This document shows positions 49,553 to 59,387 of a stretch of DNA of 64,000 nucleotides, piece by piece. Numbering within the stretch: the stretch's first letter is position 1; each line of letters starts with the position of its first letter. Below the pieces are notes generated by a model. It made no database searches, was not told where the DNA came from, and was given only the letters and a program-made list of their open reading frames with translations. The position numbers and the translations under genes were made by a program. The DNA lies in contig JBEKFP010000001.1 in the NCBI GenBank assembly GCA_050013255.1, positions 160,001 to 224,000 of the forward strand, given 5' to 3'. The DNA is from Candidatus Bathyarchaeia archaeon. Lineage in GTDB: Archaea; Thermoproteota; Bathyarchaeia; 40CM-2-53-6.

Positions 49553-50341
49553 ATGAGAGACAATGTCAAGATAGGCCTGATTCAAGATCAAGCAGGAATA
49601 GGCGAAACCGAAGTCAACTTGCAAAAGATTGCCAAGGCCGCAGATGATGCACGCAAGGAGGATGTGGACATAATTAGCTTCGGCGAAGGCTTTGTTCAGG
49701 GCTTCGTCTGCACGGATCAAACCAAACGTCTAGCTCAACCCATCCCAGGGCATGCAACCGAAAGACTCACGACCATCAGCAAGGATACTGGTTGCAGTAT
49801 CGTTACTGGTCTGTTGGAGAACGCGGATGGGATACTACATATCTCTACCGTATTCGTCGAGAGAAATGGAGCTTTACACGTTTATCGCAAGAGCTTTCTC
49901 GACAAACTTGAGAAGCCATTTTTCCAAAGAGGCACAAAAAGAATCGTTGTTGATACGGATTTTGGGAAGATTGGCTTAATGACATGCTATGACGCGTTCT
50001 TCCCAGAAGTCTCTAGGGAACTTGGAGAAAAGGGTGCCGAAATAGTGTTCTGCAATGCCGCAACCGCCATAAGCGAAAAAGAGTTCTCAATTTTCCTTCC
50101 TGCACGAGCAGCTGAGAACCAATTCTATGTTGCCTTCACAAATCTCGTCGGTTGGAGAGAGCAAATACGTGCACCATACTTCGGGGGAAGCCGAATTATC
50201 GGCCCTGATGGCACAACCATAATAACTGCGGAGAGGTTCATCGCGGATGCGGTCTATGCGACGATCTCCGACAAATTCTTACGTGATGCCCGCGAACGCA
50301 AACCACTACTAACTGAAGTTCGCGAGCAATATAAATCGTGA
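49553..50341 (+). CDS. Carbon-nitrogen hydrolase (nitrilase/amidase family)
   Basis: E-K-C triad (FGEG, YRK, TCYD), ARAAEN. Confidence 0.88.
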   Translation: MRDNVKIGLIQDQAGIGETEVNLQKIAKAADDARKEDVDIISFGEGFVQGFVCTDQTKRLAQPIPGHATERLTTISKDTGCSIVTGLLENADGILHISTVFVERNGALHVYRKSFLDKLEKPFFQRGTKRIVVDTDFGKIGLMTCYDAFFPEVSRELGEKGAEIVFCNAATAISEKEFSIFLPARAAENQFYVAFTNLVGWREQIRAPYFGGSRIIGPDGTTIITAERFIADAVYATISDKFLRDARERKPLLTEVREQYKS

Positions 50342-50514
50342 TAGGTACAGGGATCGTAGACTTCGTCATTGCTGAAAGTAGTGCGGTGAGTTTCACCGAA
50401 GTAACAAGTGCAGGAATCCTCGATAATCAATAACGTTTCAAGTTGCCTTACCCAACCTTCTAATGAATTCCAGTAGTTCTATGTCTTCTTAGGCGGCACT
50501 TTCTCTGCCGGACG

Positions 50515-51450
50515 CTAAATCACTTTTCCAAAACCTAACGACACCTGTCCCTCTGTTGAGTCGCTGATGAAAGCATGTGGCGTGGCACAAGTGTTTCTGG
50601 CCATGCCGACGTTCCCTTGCCGGTCTAACACGATACCTGCTAAAAGTACATCTTCCCTCGACTCGAGACTGTTGAGGACATCTCCGATAGCACGCTCAAT
50701 CGCGACTTGAGGATGCTCGCCTCTTTCAACACGGTCGTGGATTCTTCTCGCTAGCACATGTTTCACGATTACTTCTCCATGACCCGTCAAAGATACTCCA
50801 CAGACTTTATTGTTGGCATAGGTAGAACAGTTGAGGATTGGGACATCTCCCACTCTACCTGGAAGTTTCATAGGGAATCCGCCGCTTGATGTGGCAGCAG
50901 CAATGTCTCCGTTCTCGCTTAGAGCAACAGCGCCGACAGTGTCCGCCAGCGCATACTTGGAAATTTTCGACCAGTACTTCGTCAAGCTGACATGCTCGTT
51001 GTTCCTCAGTTTGTCTCTAAGCCCAGTCCATTCCTCGCGTCTTTCTCTCGTTAAAGGTTCATAATCTGGGAATCCGAAAGACCGTGCAAACTTCGTGGCG
51101 CCTTGTCCAGCCAACAAGATATGGTCCGTCTCCTCCATCACTTTCCTAGCCACTAATACAGGATTCTTTACCCTCGATATGCAAGCTACTGCTCCAACCG
51201 AAACTTCCCTTCCATCAACTATTATTGCATCCATTTCGATCTCGCCGGCAAGATTCGGACAAGATCCCGTGCCTGCATTGAAGATAGGATTATCCTCCAT
51301 TACCCTGATTGCTTCAATCACTCCATCTAAAGCCGACCCACCCATTTTCAAAATCCCGAATCCCGTCAGAGCTGCCTCCTTTACACCATCGTTGAACTGC
51401 GAATTTAACGGATTGATGGCGCCACCGTGAACAACAATCGCGATTGTCAT
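50515..51450 (-). CDS. Isoaspartyl peptidase/L-asparaginase (Ntn hydrolase)
   Basis: VHGGA, FNAG.G, DTVGAVA, ATSSGG, GRVGD, TGHGE. Confidence 0.9.
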   Translation of the reverse strand: MTIAIVVHGGAINPLNSQFNDGVKEAALTGFGILKMGGSALDGVIEAIRVMEDNPIFNAGTGSCPNLAGEIEMDAIIVDGREVSVGAVACISRVKNPVLVARKVMEETDHILLAGQGATKFARSFGFPDYEPLTRERREEWTGLRDKLRNNEHVSLTKYWSKISKYALADTVGAVALSENGDIAAATSSGGFPMKLPGRVGDVPILNCSTYANNKVCGVSLTGHGEVIVKHVLARRIHDRVERGEHPQVAIERAIGDVLNSLESREDVLLAGIVLDRQGNVGMARNTCATPHAFISDSTEGQVSLGFGKVI

Positions 51451-51589
51451 CTTCGCCTCACATGCGAATAAGCTCTAGCCGTAAACCGAAGAGAAATCTA
51501 TTATGGCTTGTGGCTTTTCTGGTTTTCCTTCTGGGCAGTGTTCCGAATCTAGTGGTATGGCTGGCAGAGAAGGGGGGAGGTTGCATGTT

Positions 51590-51724
<135 letters not shown>

Positions 51725-51808
51725 GAGGCAAGCATCAATACGGAAGCAAATAGATTAGAGTATCTTAACCTCAGGACGTTTGAACTATGAGTCGGGGCAA
51801 CCCAAAGT

Positions 51809-52258
51809 TCACCTGTGCCTTCTGTAGTCCCTTTCAAGTGCGGTAGCGTACTTGTCCCAAATTCTGTGGATGTCACTGAGGTATTCTGATTTTCCCGGGT
51901 AATTTCGAATCTTCCAATACTCCACAAACGCCATGTCCAACCTGGTTTTCCGAGTCCCTAGGCTTGTTAGGCGATACTCACCGATCGTGTCGTCTTCGGC
52001 TCCTCTCGAGTCAAGGTACCAAGCCTTCGGCGGTTTCATGGTGACAATGTTCACCGCGTTCATCGTCTTGCCACCGCTCTTGTAACGAATAGTGTAAATC
52101 ACCCTCTCCTTGGTTTTCTCTAAGATCGACCTCTTGTTCTTCGAACCAGTGATTCTAGGATCGTTCTCACGGTAGTCCGTGCACCATTTGAACGCAAAAG
52201 AAAGGGGCGCATTGAGCACCTTGGAAACATGATACGTTCGAACAGTAGGCTTGGTCAC
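51809..52258 (-). CDS. Hypothetical protein, probable SRPBCC/START fold
   Basis: NAPLSFAFKWCTDY N-terminus and C-terminal amphipathic helix. Confidence 0.65.
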   Translation of the reverse strand: MTKPTVRTYHVSKVLNAPLSFAFKWCTDYRENDPRITGSKNKRSILEKTKERVIYTIRYKSGGKTMNAVNIVTMKPPKAWYLDSRGAEDDTIGEYRLTSLGTRKTRLDMAFVEYWKIRNYPGKSEYLSDIHRIWDKYATALERDYRRHR

Positions 52259-52340
52259 AGTCAGATTCTACTCCGCTGGCCCGCGTCATGCGAATCGCCT
52301 TCATATAGGTTAGTAATCCTCGCGGACAAGTTCTGGTCGC

Positions 52341-53108
52341 CTATGCGATCACGAGGAAGAAAAACAATAGCACTATGATAATTCTGTAGATTCCAAACGG
52401 CGTGAAGCTGTGTTTCCTTATGAAATTTAGGAACAGCTTAATCACGACTAGGGCAACAAGGAAGGAGGTCACAAATCCGACCACGAGTAGATTGACTTCT
52501 CCTGGCGAGAAGGCGTTGTATGAGTTTAGGAGGTCGAATCCTGAAGCTGCAATCATCGTCGGAACAGCAAGCAAGAAGGAGAAGAGAGCAATCGTCTGCC
52601 GCTTCATGCCCAAGACCAGCCCTCCAGTAATCGTTGCTGTTGACCTCGAGACACCGGGAATCACTGAAACCGTCTGAAAGAGCCCAATCAGTAGGCAATG
52701 CCTGTAGGGCATCCTCGCAATCTCATCAATATGCGTCCTCTCTTTGTAACGCCATTCGAACAAGATGATGAATATTCCCCCAAAAAGTAGAGCCCACAAA
52801 ACAATCTGCACATTTCCGAACAACACGTCCTTGAAGAATCGGTAGATGAGGAGCCCAACGATCCCCGTCGGAATGAAAGCCACTACTAGACGTTTGAGAA
52901 TCTCTATGTTCAGGAATAATCTCCAGTACAACGCGACAACCGCTAGAATTGAACCGAACTCCAGTACCAACTCGAAACTCTTCACAAACGGCGTCTGCGC
53001 TACGTGGAGAAGTACGGCCGCCATGATCGTGTGACCCGTTGAGGAAACTGGCAGGAACTCTGTAATCCCTTCAACAACAGCCAATATGATAGCGGTCAGG
53101 TAATCCAT
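52341..53108 (-). CDS. uppP: Undecaprenyl-diphosphate phosphatase (BacA type)
   Basis: EGITEFLPVSSTGH, PGVSRS, FSFLLAVP. Confidence 0.93.
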   Translation of the reverse strand: MDYLTAIILAVVEGITEFLPVSSTGHTIMAAVLLHVAQTPFVKSFELVLEFGSILAVVALYWRLFLNIEILKRLVVAFIPTGIVGLLIYRFFKDVLFGNVQIVLWALLFGGIFIILFEWRYKERTHIDEIARMPYRHCLLIGLFQTVSVIPGVSRSTATITGGLVLGMKRQTIALFSFLLAVPTMIAASGFDLLNSYNAFSPGEVNLLVVGFVTSFLVALVVIKLFLNFIRKHSFTPFGIYRIIIVLLFFFLVIA

Positions 53109-53304
53109 TCCCAGTGCACCTCAGCAAAACGGTATTACCAATTCCCAATTCTTCGGGTTCGGGCGGTTTCTCGTCTAACAGTAGATTAGGATTCCGGTTA
53201 CAGCATTTAGTTGACAAAATCAGAGCCGAGCTTGGAATTCGATGAGAAAACTTCGAAGGAACCCTTAATTTCAACGGCCTTTTCCACAAACTCCGATCGA
53301 AACA

Positions 53305-53916
53305 TTGGAAGTAGAAATCGACAAGCAAACCGCGCTGGTCGTTGTGGATATTCAAAATGACTTCTGCCCAGGCGGAGCCTTGCCCGTAAAGGATGGCGAT
53401 AAGGTGGTCCCGGTCTTGAACAAGTACATTGAGAGGTTTAGGAAGGCTGGTGCACCGATACTTTTCACTAGGGACTGGCACCCGCCAGACCACAGCTCCT
53501 TCAAGGCTCAGGGAGGGCCATGGCCTCCGCATTGCGTCCAAAACAGCGAGGGCGCAAAATTTCACCCCGACCTCCACATCCCGCCTGAGGGTGAGGTTCT
53601 TTCGAAAGCGGACAAGAAGGATGAGGCGTACTCGTTCTTCAAAGGTACCGACTTGGCCCAGAAGCTTAAGGAACGCGGAATCAAGCGGCTACTCGTAGGT
53701 GGCCTAGCCACCGACTACTGCGTGAAAGAAACCGTGTCGGATGGACTGAAGTACGGTTTCGAAGTCTTCCACCTCGACGACGCCTCAAAAGGTGTGAACG
53801 TGAACCCTGACGACTCGGAACGCGCCTTGCAGGAAATGGTTGCTAAGGGAGCGAAAAGAATTAGACTCCAAGACCTGACTCCAAACGAAGTTACCGCGCC
53901 GCGAACTCCAAAGTAA
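53305..53916 (+). CDS. pncA: Nicotinamidase
   Basis: VVDIQNDFCPGG, DWHP..H, WPPHC, GLATDYCV. Confidence 0.92.
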   Translation: MEVEIDKQTALVVVDIQNDFCPGGALPVKDGDKVVPVLNKYIERFRKAGAPILFTRDWHPPDHSSFKAQGGPWPPHCVQNSEGAKFHPDLHIPPEGEVLSKADKKDEAYSFFKGTDLAQKLKERGIKRLLVGGLATDYCVKETVSDGLKYGFEVFHLDDASKGVNVNPDDSERALQEMVAKGAKRIRLQDLTPNEVTAPRTPK

Positions 53917-53940
53917 TTAATGGCCGACCGCTGTCTCATT

Positions 53941-54267
53941 CTAGCCAGGGAAAAAGTACGGCAAGCTCTGTGCTGGCGCCGGTGCATTCCCTTCTCTTTC
54001 TGCATGCCTAGTCCTCTCTTCCACTCTAACGATTCTGATCTTCTGGTGCTCCGCCAAGACTCTGTAATCGTCGGAGAGGTGCATGTGGTGAAGTACATGC
54101 TTTACTTGCAATTTGAGGTCTTTCATTCCGATCTGCTTTCCATTGACGGCCTCGGGTACGAGCAGCGTCTTGCCTTTCACGGTAACCTCTGCTCTTAATC
54201 TCTGGCCTAGTAAATCGGCGACATCTTTTCCGACCTTCTTGAGGTCTCCCAACTCGACCTCTATCAA
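53941..54267 (-). CDS. Ribosomal protein eL22-like protein
   Basis: LKLQVKHVLHHMHLSDDYRV resembles the eL22 LK..KK.L....L.D..RV signature. Confidence 0.55.
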   Translation of the reverse strand: MIEVELGDLKKVGKDVADLLGQRLRAEVTVKGKTLLVPEAVNGKQIGMKDLKLQVKHVLHHMHLSDDYRVLAEHQKIRIVRVEERTRHAEREGNAPAPAQSLPYFFPG

Positions 54268-54336
54268 CTTTGACAGCCGAAAGAAAGTCTAGAGTGATCG
54301 GCTAATACGCCTTACCCTGACCGAGCAAGGCGACGG

Positions 54337-54474
54337 TTAGAGGGGTAAGCGGACGATTCGTCCGCAGCCCTCACACCTGAGGAATTCGAATTGGTCATCC
54401 CTGAAAAGAAAACGAACTTTCCTCAAGTGCCCACATACCTTGGCAACGTTGAATTCCTTCAAAGTATTCGCCAA
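54337..54474 (-). CDS. Zn-ribbon microprotein (45 aa)
   Basis: MANTLKEFNVAKVCGHLRKVRFLFRDDQFEFLRCEGCGRIVRLPL; GGTGG upstream of TTG. Confidence 0.6.
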   Translation of the reverse strand: MANTLKEFNVAKVCGHLRKVRFLFRDDQFEFLRCEGCGRIVRLPL

Positions 54475-54744
54475 ACCCACCTATTCTTCCCAGTTAGCGA
54501 TATTCAGGAGACATGCGTGAAAGTGCTAAACACTAGAGCAGAACCAGCCCACTTCGTTGCGCAGCCATTGAAACCCCTCTCAACCCTACAACTGGCTGCC
54601 GGTACAGTCATAACGCAACGCACCCTTGGACTGCCGTGGTCCTGTCAATGGATAACCGTGCGGCCGTAGGGCGCAATTTCTAGTCTAGAAGGCCTTTTCC
54701 ACAGTGAAAGTACTAGGGAACTATTCGAATAAAGCAACAAGGTC

Positions 54745-55656
54745 TTAGTCCGATTCCGCCCTGACCGGATTGCTCAGGGTACCAATCCGGTCGATTGACC
54801 CTTCAACGATGTCGCCATCTTTCAGGAAAGGCCCACCAGTGGCGGCTGCGACGCCCTCCGGTGTCCCGGTCGATATTACGTCCCCGGGTTGCAGAGTAAT
54901 TCCAGCTGAAATGTACTCGATGAGGGATTCGATTTTGAAAATCATATCGCTAGTGTTGGATCGCTGTTTCTTCCTGCCATTCACTGAAAGTGAAATCTCA
55001 AGCTCGTGAGGGTTAGGGATTTCATCCTTTGTCACCAGCCAAGGACCAAGCGGAAAAGATGAGTCGAGCCCCTTTCCTTTCATCCAGTTTAGTCCCAAGG
55101 TGGTCTTGCCGTCTGGCAGCTTCGTCGAGTACTGAAAATCTCTGAAGCTGACATCATTGGATATGGCGTAGCCTGCGACGTGGTTCATCGAATCCCCCCT
55201 TGCGATATACTTTCCAGCCTTGCCGATTATTACTGCAAGCTCCACCTCCCAGTCAACGTTCTTGGACACTTTGGGAATCAAAATTGGGTCGCCCGGCCCG
55301 ATGAGGGCGTTCCTGAACTTTGCGAAAACATAGGGCTCGGTCGGTGGTTCCACGTTCCGCTCCCTACTGTGGGAACGGTAGTTGAGGGCTATGAGCAGAA
55401 TTTTCTCTGGGTTCTGAATTGGGCTAAGGAGTTTCACGCTTTCAACCGGAACGCCAGACGAGGCCCCAGTAATCTTCTCTTCGACCTGTTGGAGCGAACC
55501 AATCGCCCCGACTGAAAGCAGCCGATCTATTGTAAGTAGGTCCTTGCGAATCGGTAACGCTAGTCTCTCGCTAGCTTCTCGAACATCGAAAAGTAAACCA
55601 TTTTTAGCGATACCGACTTTGGTTTCCCCATTCTTGATGTAGTGTGCAAGTTTCAA
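54745..55656 (-). CDS. Fumarylacetoacetate hydrolase family protein
   Basis: LNYRSH, DWEVEL, NDVSFRD, KG.D, GDVISTGTPEGV. Confidence 0.92.
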   Translation of the reverse strand: MKLAHYIKNGETKVGIAKNGLLFDVREASERLALPIRKDLLTIDRLLSVGAIGSLQQVEEKITGASSGVPVESVKLLSPIQNPEKILLIALNYRSHSRERNVEPPTEPYVFAKFRNALIGPGDPILIPKVSKNVDWEVELAVIIGKAGKYIARGDSMNHVAGYAISNDVSFRDFQYSTKLPDGKTTLGLNWMKGKGLDSSFPLGPWLVTKDEIPNPHELEISLSVNGRKKQRSNTSDMIFKIESLIEYISAGITLQPGDVISTGTPEGVAAATGGPFLKDGDIVEGSIDRIGTLSNPVRAESD

Positions 55657-55704
55657 TGTACTTGCCCCCTAACCCCCGATTCGTGGTGTTTCGAAGACGC
55701 GCGT

Positions 55705-57096
55705 CTATTCCACAGCCACTTTCTCGGCGCGTCGCTCGTACAGCCTAATCGTCTTGACGTTGGTGAATTCGAGAAGGCCGTACCTACCTAATTCCCTCCC
55801 AATTCCGCTCTTCTTCACTCCGCCAAATGGAACGCGTGGGTCAGATGCAACAACATTGTTTACCGTGACCACGCCGCTTTGGATCTCCCTGCACAGTTTC
55901 TCGCCCTTTGAAAGATCCTGCGTCCAGACGGAGGCGCCTAAGCCGAATTCGGTGGAATTCGCCACTTCAACTGCTTCCGCGGCATCTTTCACGACAATGA
56001 CAGGGGCCACGGGTCCGAAGACTTCCTCGCGCATCACCGGCATGTCGCGAGTTATGTTGGTCATGACGGTTGGGGCGTAGAAGAAGCCTTTACGGTCTGG
56101 GCGTTGGCCACCCACCATCACGCGTCCGCCCATCTTCACGGAATCCCTTACCTGCCTTTCTATTTCCTTGACACCACTTTCGTTAACCATGGGCCCTATG
56201 TCTGTTTCAGGGCTTAATGGGTCACCTATCTTGAGCTTCTCAACTTTCGACACAAATTGATCGATAAATTTCTCGGCGATCGGTTTTTCAACGATAAAGC
56301 GTTTCGCGGCGATACAGCTCTGGCCGCAGTTGATGAAGCGCCCTGTGATGGCGCCGCTGGATGTCAGATCCAGGTCTGCGTCTTCAAGTACGATGAATGG
56401 GTCGCTTCCCCCGAGTTCGAGCACGAATTTCTTCAGGTTCCTGCCGGCCCGTTCCCCTACCTTGCTTCCAACGCTGACGCTTCCGGTGAAAGTTATTGCG
56501 TCTGTATCGCCATCAATCATCTGGTCGGCGATTCGCGAATCACCTAAAACCGTTTTGAAGCATCCCGTTGGCAAACCAGTGTCGTTGAAAGCCGCCTCCA
56601 GGTTTACTCCGCTCTGCGGGGTTGCGCTTGCCGGTTTGAAGATCGTGGTGTTTCCTGCGGCGAGCGCAGGCGCGGCAAACCTTGCCAGCTGCCACATGGG
56701 AAAGTTCCATGGCATGATGGCGGCAACAACACCCAGGGGCTCGAAGGCCACGTAACTCTTCGCCGCATCAGTCTGTGCAGGCTCGGGAGTAAGAAAGCGC
56801 TCTGCGTTCTCAGCGTAGTAATCAAATGCCAAAGCGCATTTAGCAACCTCCGCGGTGGACTCACGAATTATTTTCCCCATCTCGTTCGTCATATCACGGG
56901 CGAATTCTTCCTTTCGCTCCTTTAGAATTGCAGCAGCTTTCGAAACATACTTGCCCCGTTCAGCGGGTGTAAGCCGCCGCCATTCATGGAAAGCTTTCCT
57001 GGCCCGCTCGATTGCACTCTTCACCTGATCGGGCGTGGCCATCTCATGCTCAGCAAGTTTCTCGCCAGTCGCAGGATTGACGGTTGCAAATTTCAT
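55705..57096 (-). CDS. NAD(P)-dependent succinate-semialdehyde dehydrogenase-like ALDH
   Basis: PWNFP, FTGS, LELGG, GQSC, EEVFGP. Confidence 0.92.
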   Translation of the reverse strand: MKFATVNPATGEKLAEHEMATPDQVKSAIERARKAFHEWRRLTPAERGKYVSKAAAILKERKEEFARDMTNEMGKIIRESTAEVAKCALAFDYYAENAERFLTPEPAQTDAAKSYVAFEPLGVVAAIMPWNFPMWQLARFAAPALAAGNTTIFKPASATPQSGVNLEAAFNDTGLPTGCFKTVLGDSRIADQMIDGDTDAITFTGSVSVGSKVGERAGRNLKKFVLELGGSDPFIVLEDADLDLTSSGAITGRFINCGQSCIAAKRFIVEKPIAEKFIDQFVSKVEKLKIGDPLSPETDIGPMVNESGVKEIERQVRDSVKMGGRVMVGGQRPDRKGFFYAPTVMTNITRDMPVMREEVFGPVAPVIVVKDAAEAVEVANSTEFGLGASVWTQDLSKGEKLCREIQSGVVTVNNVVASDPRVPFGGVKKSGIGRELGRYGLLEFTNVKTIRLYERRAEKVAVE

Positions 57097-57109
57097 TTTA
57101 GGATCAACT

Positions 57110-57541
57110 CTAAGCTCTCGGTACCTGAAGTCGGGCTATTTGGGTTGAGATACGGTCAATATAGTCCTTCAAACTCGCCAGCATAGTTCTCGCCGTTATC
57201 GTCCCCAAAATCTTCCCATCCTGAATTACCAAGACCCTGCGTATTCCCTTCTCCGCCATTAACTGTGCCACTTCATCCAAACCTTGGTCCGCTTTAACGG
57301 TGACAAGGTTCACGCTCATAATTTCCTCTAACTTCACTCGCGCCGGATCCTTCTCCGTCGCTACGAGTTTTGATAAGTAATCCCATTCGGTTACAATACC
57401 CTCAGGTTTTCCGTCGGCTGTGGTCACGACAACGAAGCCGTGACGGTTGGATTGCATTTGTTTTGCGGCTTCGAGGGCTGTTGTGCCCCGTTGCATTGAG
57501 AGGAAGCCCTTCTCCACTATGTCCTTCGCAACAAGTACCAT
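57110..57541 (-). CDS. CBS-pair domain protein
   Basis: GIVTEWD and GTIT repeats. Confidence 0.88.
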   Translation of the reverse strand: MVLVAKDIVEKGFLSMQRGTTALEAAKQMQSNRHGFVVVTTADGKPEGIVTEWDYLSKLVATEKDPARVKLEEIMSVNLVTVKADQGLDEVAQLMAEKGIRRVLVIQDGKILGTITARTMLASLKDYIDRISTQIARLQVPRA

Positions 57542-57575
57542 AGTAAATGCATCTCAGGATGGATAATTAATGATT

Positions 57576-58994
57576 TCAGGCTTTGATGTGTTTCCTACCC
57601 CTCAATGAGGATGGTATGGCAGCGAATAGGCTCATTCCTGCCATGAGAAGAAACGTCTTGTGCATAGCATCCATGAACAAGCTGACGTTGAGTTCGTTCG
57701 CTGCGACAGGGAGGCCAGCGAAGATGGCCTGGAGCGTACTAAGAGGCATGCTCGTGGCCATAATCACAAATGCGACGCCCATGCTGAGAAGGAAGCCCGT
57801 TGTAATCATCGTTGCTGAGATTCCTGCTGCTATCCCCCGTCGGGCTACAGGCGAAGAATTCATAATTGAACTGATGTTTGGCGCAACGAACATTCCTCCA
57901 CCGATGCCGGCGAGAATCATGGGGAGCACGAGAATAGTATAGGGGACCGTGGCAGGCAGCAATGCGAACCACAAAAGTGCTGCAGCCGAAACAATTAGGC
58001 CTCCCGTGCTGAAACCTCTGGCTCCATACTTGTCGGAGAGAAAACCGCTCAACGGCCCGATACTTACGAACGCAACTGAAAACGGTATTAGCAGGATGCC
58101 GGCCGTGAGTGCGTCTAGGAGAAGGGCGCCCTGAAAGTAGAAGACGAGAAGTAGCAGTACCGCGCCCCTAGAGATTGACGCGAGCAGATTACTCGTCATC
58201 CCCGCCGCGAATGCTCTGATTTTGAACAGGCTCAAATCCATCATTGGGCTCAGGACCTTCGTCTCGGTGTAAACAAAGGCCACAACCATGATCACTCCGA
58301 GAAGCATCATGGCATTGTCGATTACTGTGAAACCCGATATTGCCCCGAGCGTCATACCAACAAGGAACATTGACAGGCCGACTGCGAACAACGCATTGCC
58401 AAGGGGGTCTAGTCGGTCGCGTTGGAGCGAGGCTAATTCTTTCAACCGAGCGTAAGCCCACGAAGTGGCGAAGATTCCGACTGGTATGTTGATCCAGAAT
58501 ATCGACCTCCAACCCAAGGTTGCAGTCAGGACTCCGCCAGCCACGAGCCCAATGATTGATCCGCTTACGCCGAATACAAGGTTGATTCCGATGGCCTTTC
58601 CTCGTTCGGTTGGCGGGAAAGCATCAGTCAAGATAGCTGCGTTATTGGAAAAGATGAGTGCACCACCAACTCCCTGAACAAGCCGAAAGAGGACGAGGCT
58701 AAGGCCATTTGTAGCGAGGCTGCAGAGCGCGGAGCCTATTGTGAATACGCCGAAGCCTAGGTTGTATAGTCTAACTCGTCCGTAGATGTCTGCGAGGCGC
58801 CCGAAAGTCAGCAATAGGGTTGCCGTGACGAGTATGTAGCCCATGAGCACCCAGAGCGCGTCGAAGGTCGTTGTGCCCGGTAATTCTCGGATTATTGTGG
58901 GGAGGGAGATGAGCACAATGTTGGAGTCCAGTTGGGACATGAAAGAACCGATGGTGGTGTTGGTTAACACCACGTATTTGTAATTCATTGGCAC
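57576..58994 (-). CDS. MFS (DHA2/EmrB-like) transporter
   Basis: LDSNIV, GRLADIYGR, WRSIFWINIP. Confidence 0.9.
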   Translation of the reverse strand: MPMNYKYVVLTNTTIGSFMSQLDSNIVLISLPTIIRELPGTTTFDALWVLMGYILVTATLLLTFGRLADIYGRVRLYNLGFGVFTIGSALCSLATNGLSLVLFRLVQGVGGALIFSNNAAILTDAFPPTERGKAIGINLVFGVSGSIIGLVAGGVLTATLGWRSIFWINIPVGIFATSWAYARLKELASLQRDRLDPLGNALFAVGLSMFLVGMTLGAISGFTVIDNAMMLLGVIMVVAFVYTETKVLSPMMDLSLFKIRAFAAGMTSNLLASISRGAVLLLLVFYFQGALLLDALTAGILLIPFSVAFVSIGPLSGFLSDKYGARGFSTGGLIVSAAALLWFALLPATVPYTILVLPMILAGIGGGMFVAPNISSIMNSSPVARRGIAAGISATMITTGFLLSMGVAFVIMATSMPLSTLQAIFAGLPVAANELNVSLFMDAMHKTFLLMAGMSLFAAIPSSLRGRKHIKA

Positions 58995-59100
58995 TCAGTT
59001 GGCAGGCCGAGGTCAGGGGCTCCGCGTCATAAGCATTCGTTCGTTAGTGTTAATTTGTCGGCGAAACTTGAGAGAAAACGGGTTAGAGAAATCTTCCCTA

Positions 59101-59292
59101 TCATTTCATCGCCCATTTAACCCAGAAAACTGCGATTATGCCGCTCGCTATTGCTCCTGAGGCCAAGAACACGGCAGCCTTCTGCCAAAGGTTGAGGCCC
59201 CCAGCAAAGAACGCGAGGTAAAGCACGATGAAAGCAAACCAAAATACGCTGACGAATATGGTTACAGCGACTTTGGTTCCGACCGATTTCAT
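59101..59292 (-). CDS. Small 2-TM membrane protein
   Basis: MKSVGTKV... two hydrophobic helices. Confidence 0.6.
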   Translation of the reverse strand: MKSVGTKVAVTIFVSVFWFAFIVLYLAFFAGGLNLWQKAAVFLASGAIASGIIAVFWVKWAMK

Positions 59293-59387
59293 GGCCACAG
59301 GTCTCACACTTCCGCGAAGTGAATATGACTCCGCAAATATAACGAGTTGGCTGATTGCCAGAGCTGAAACGGATGACGCCGTTTCGA

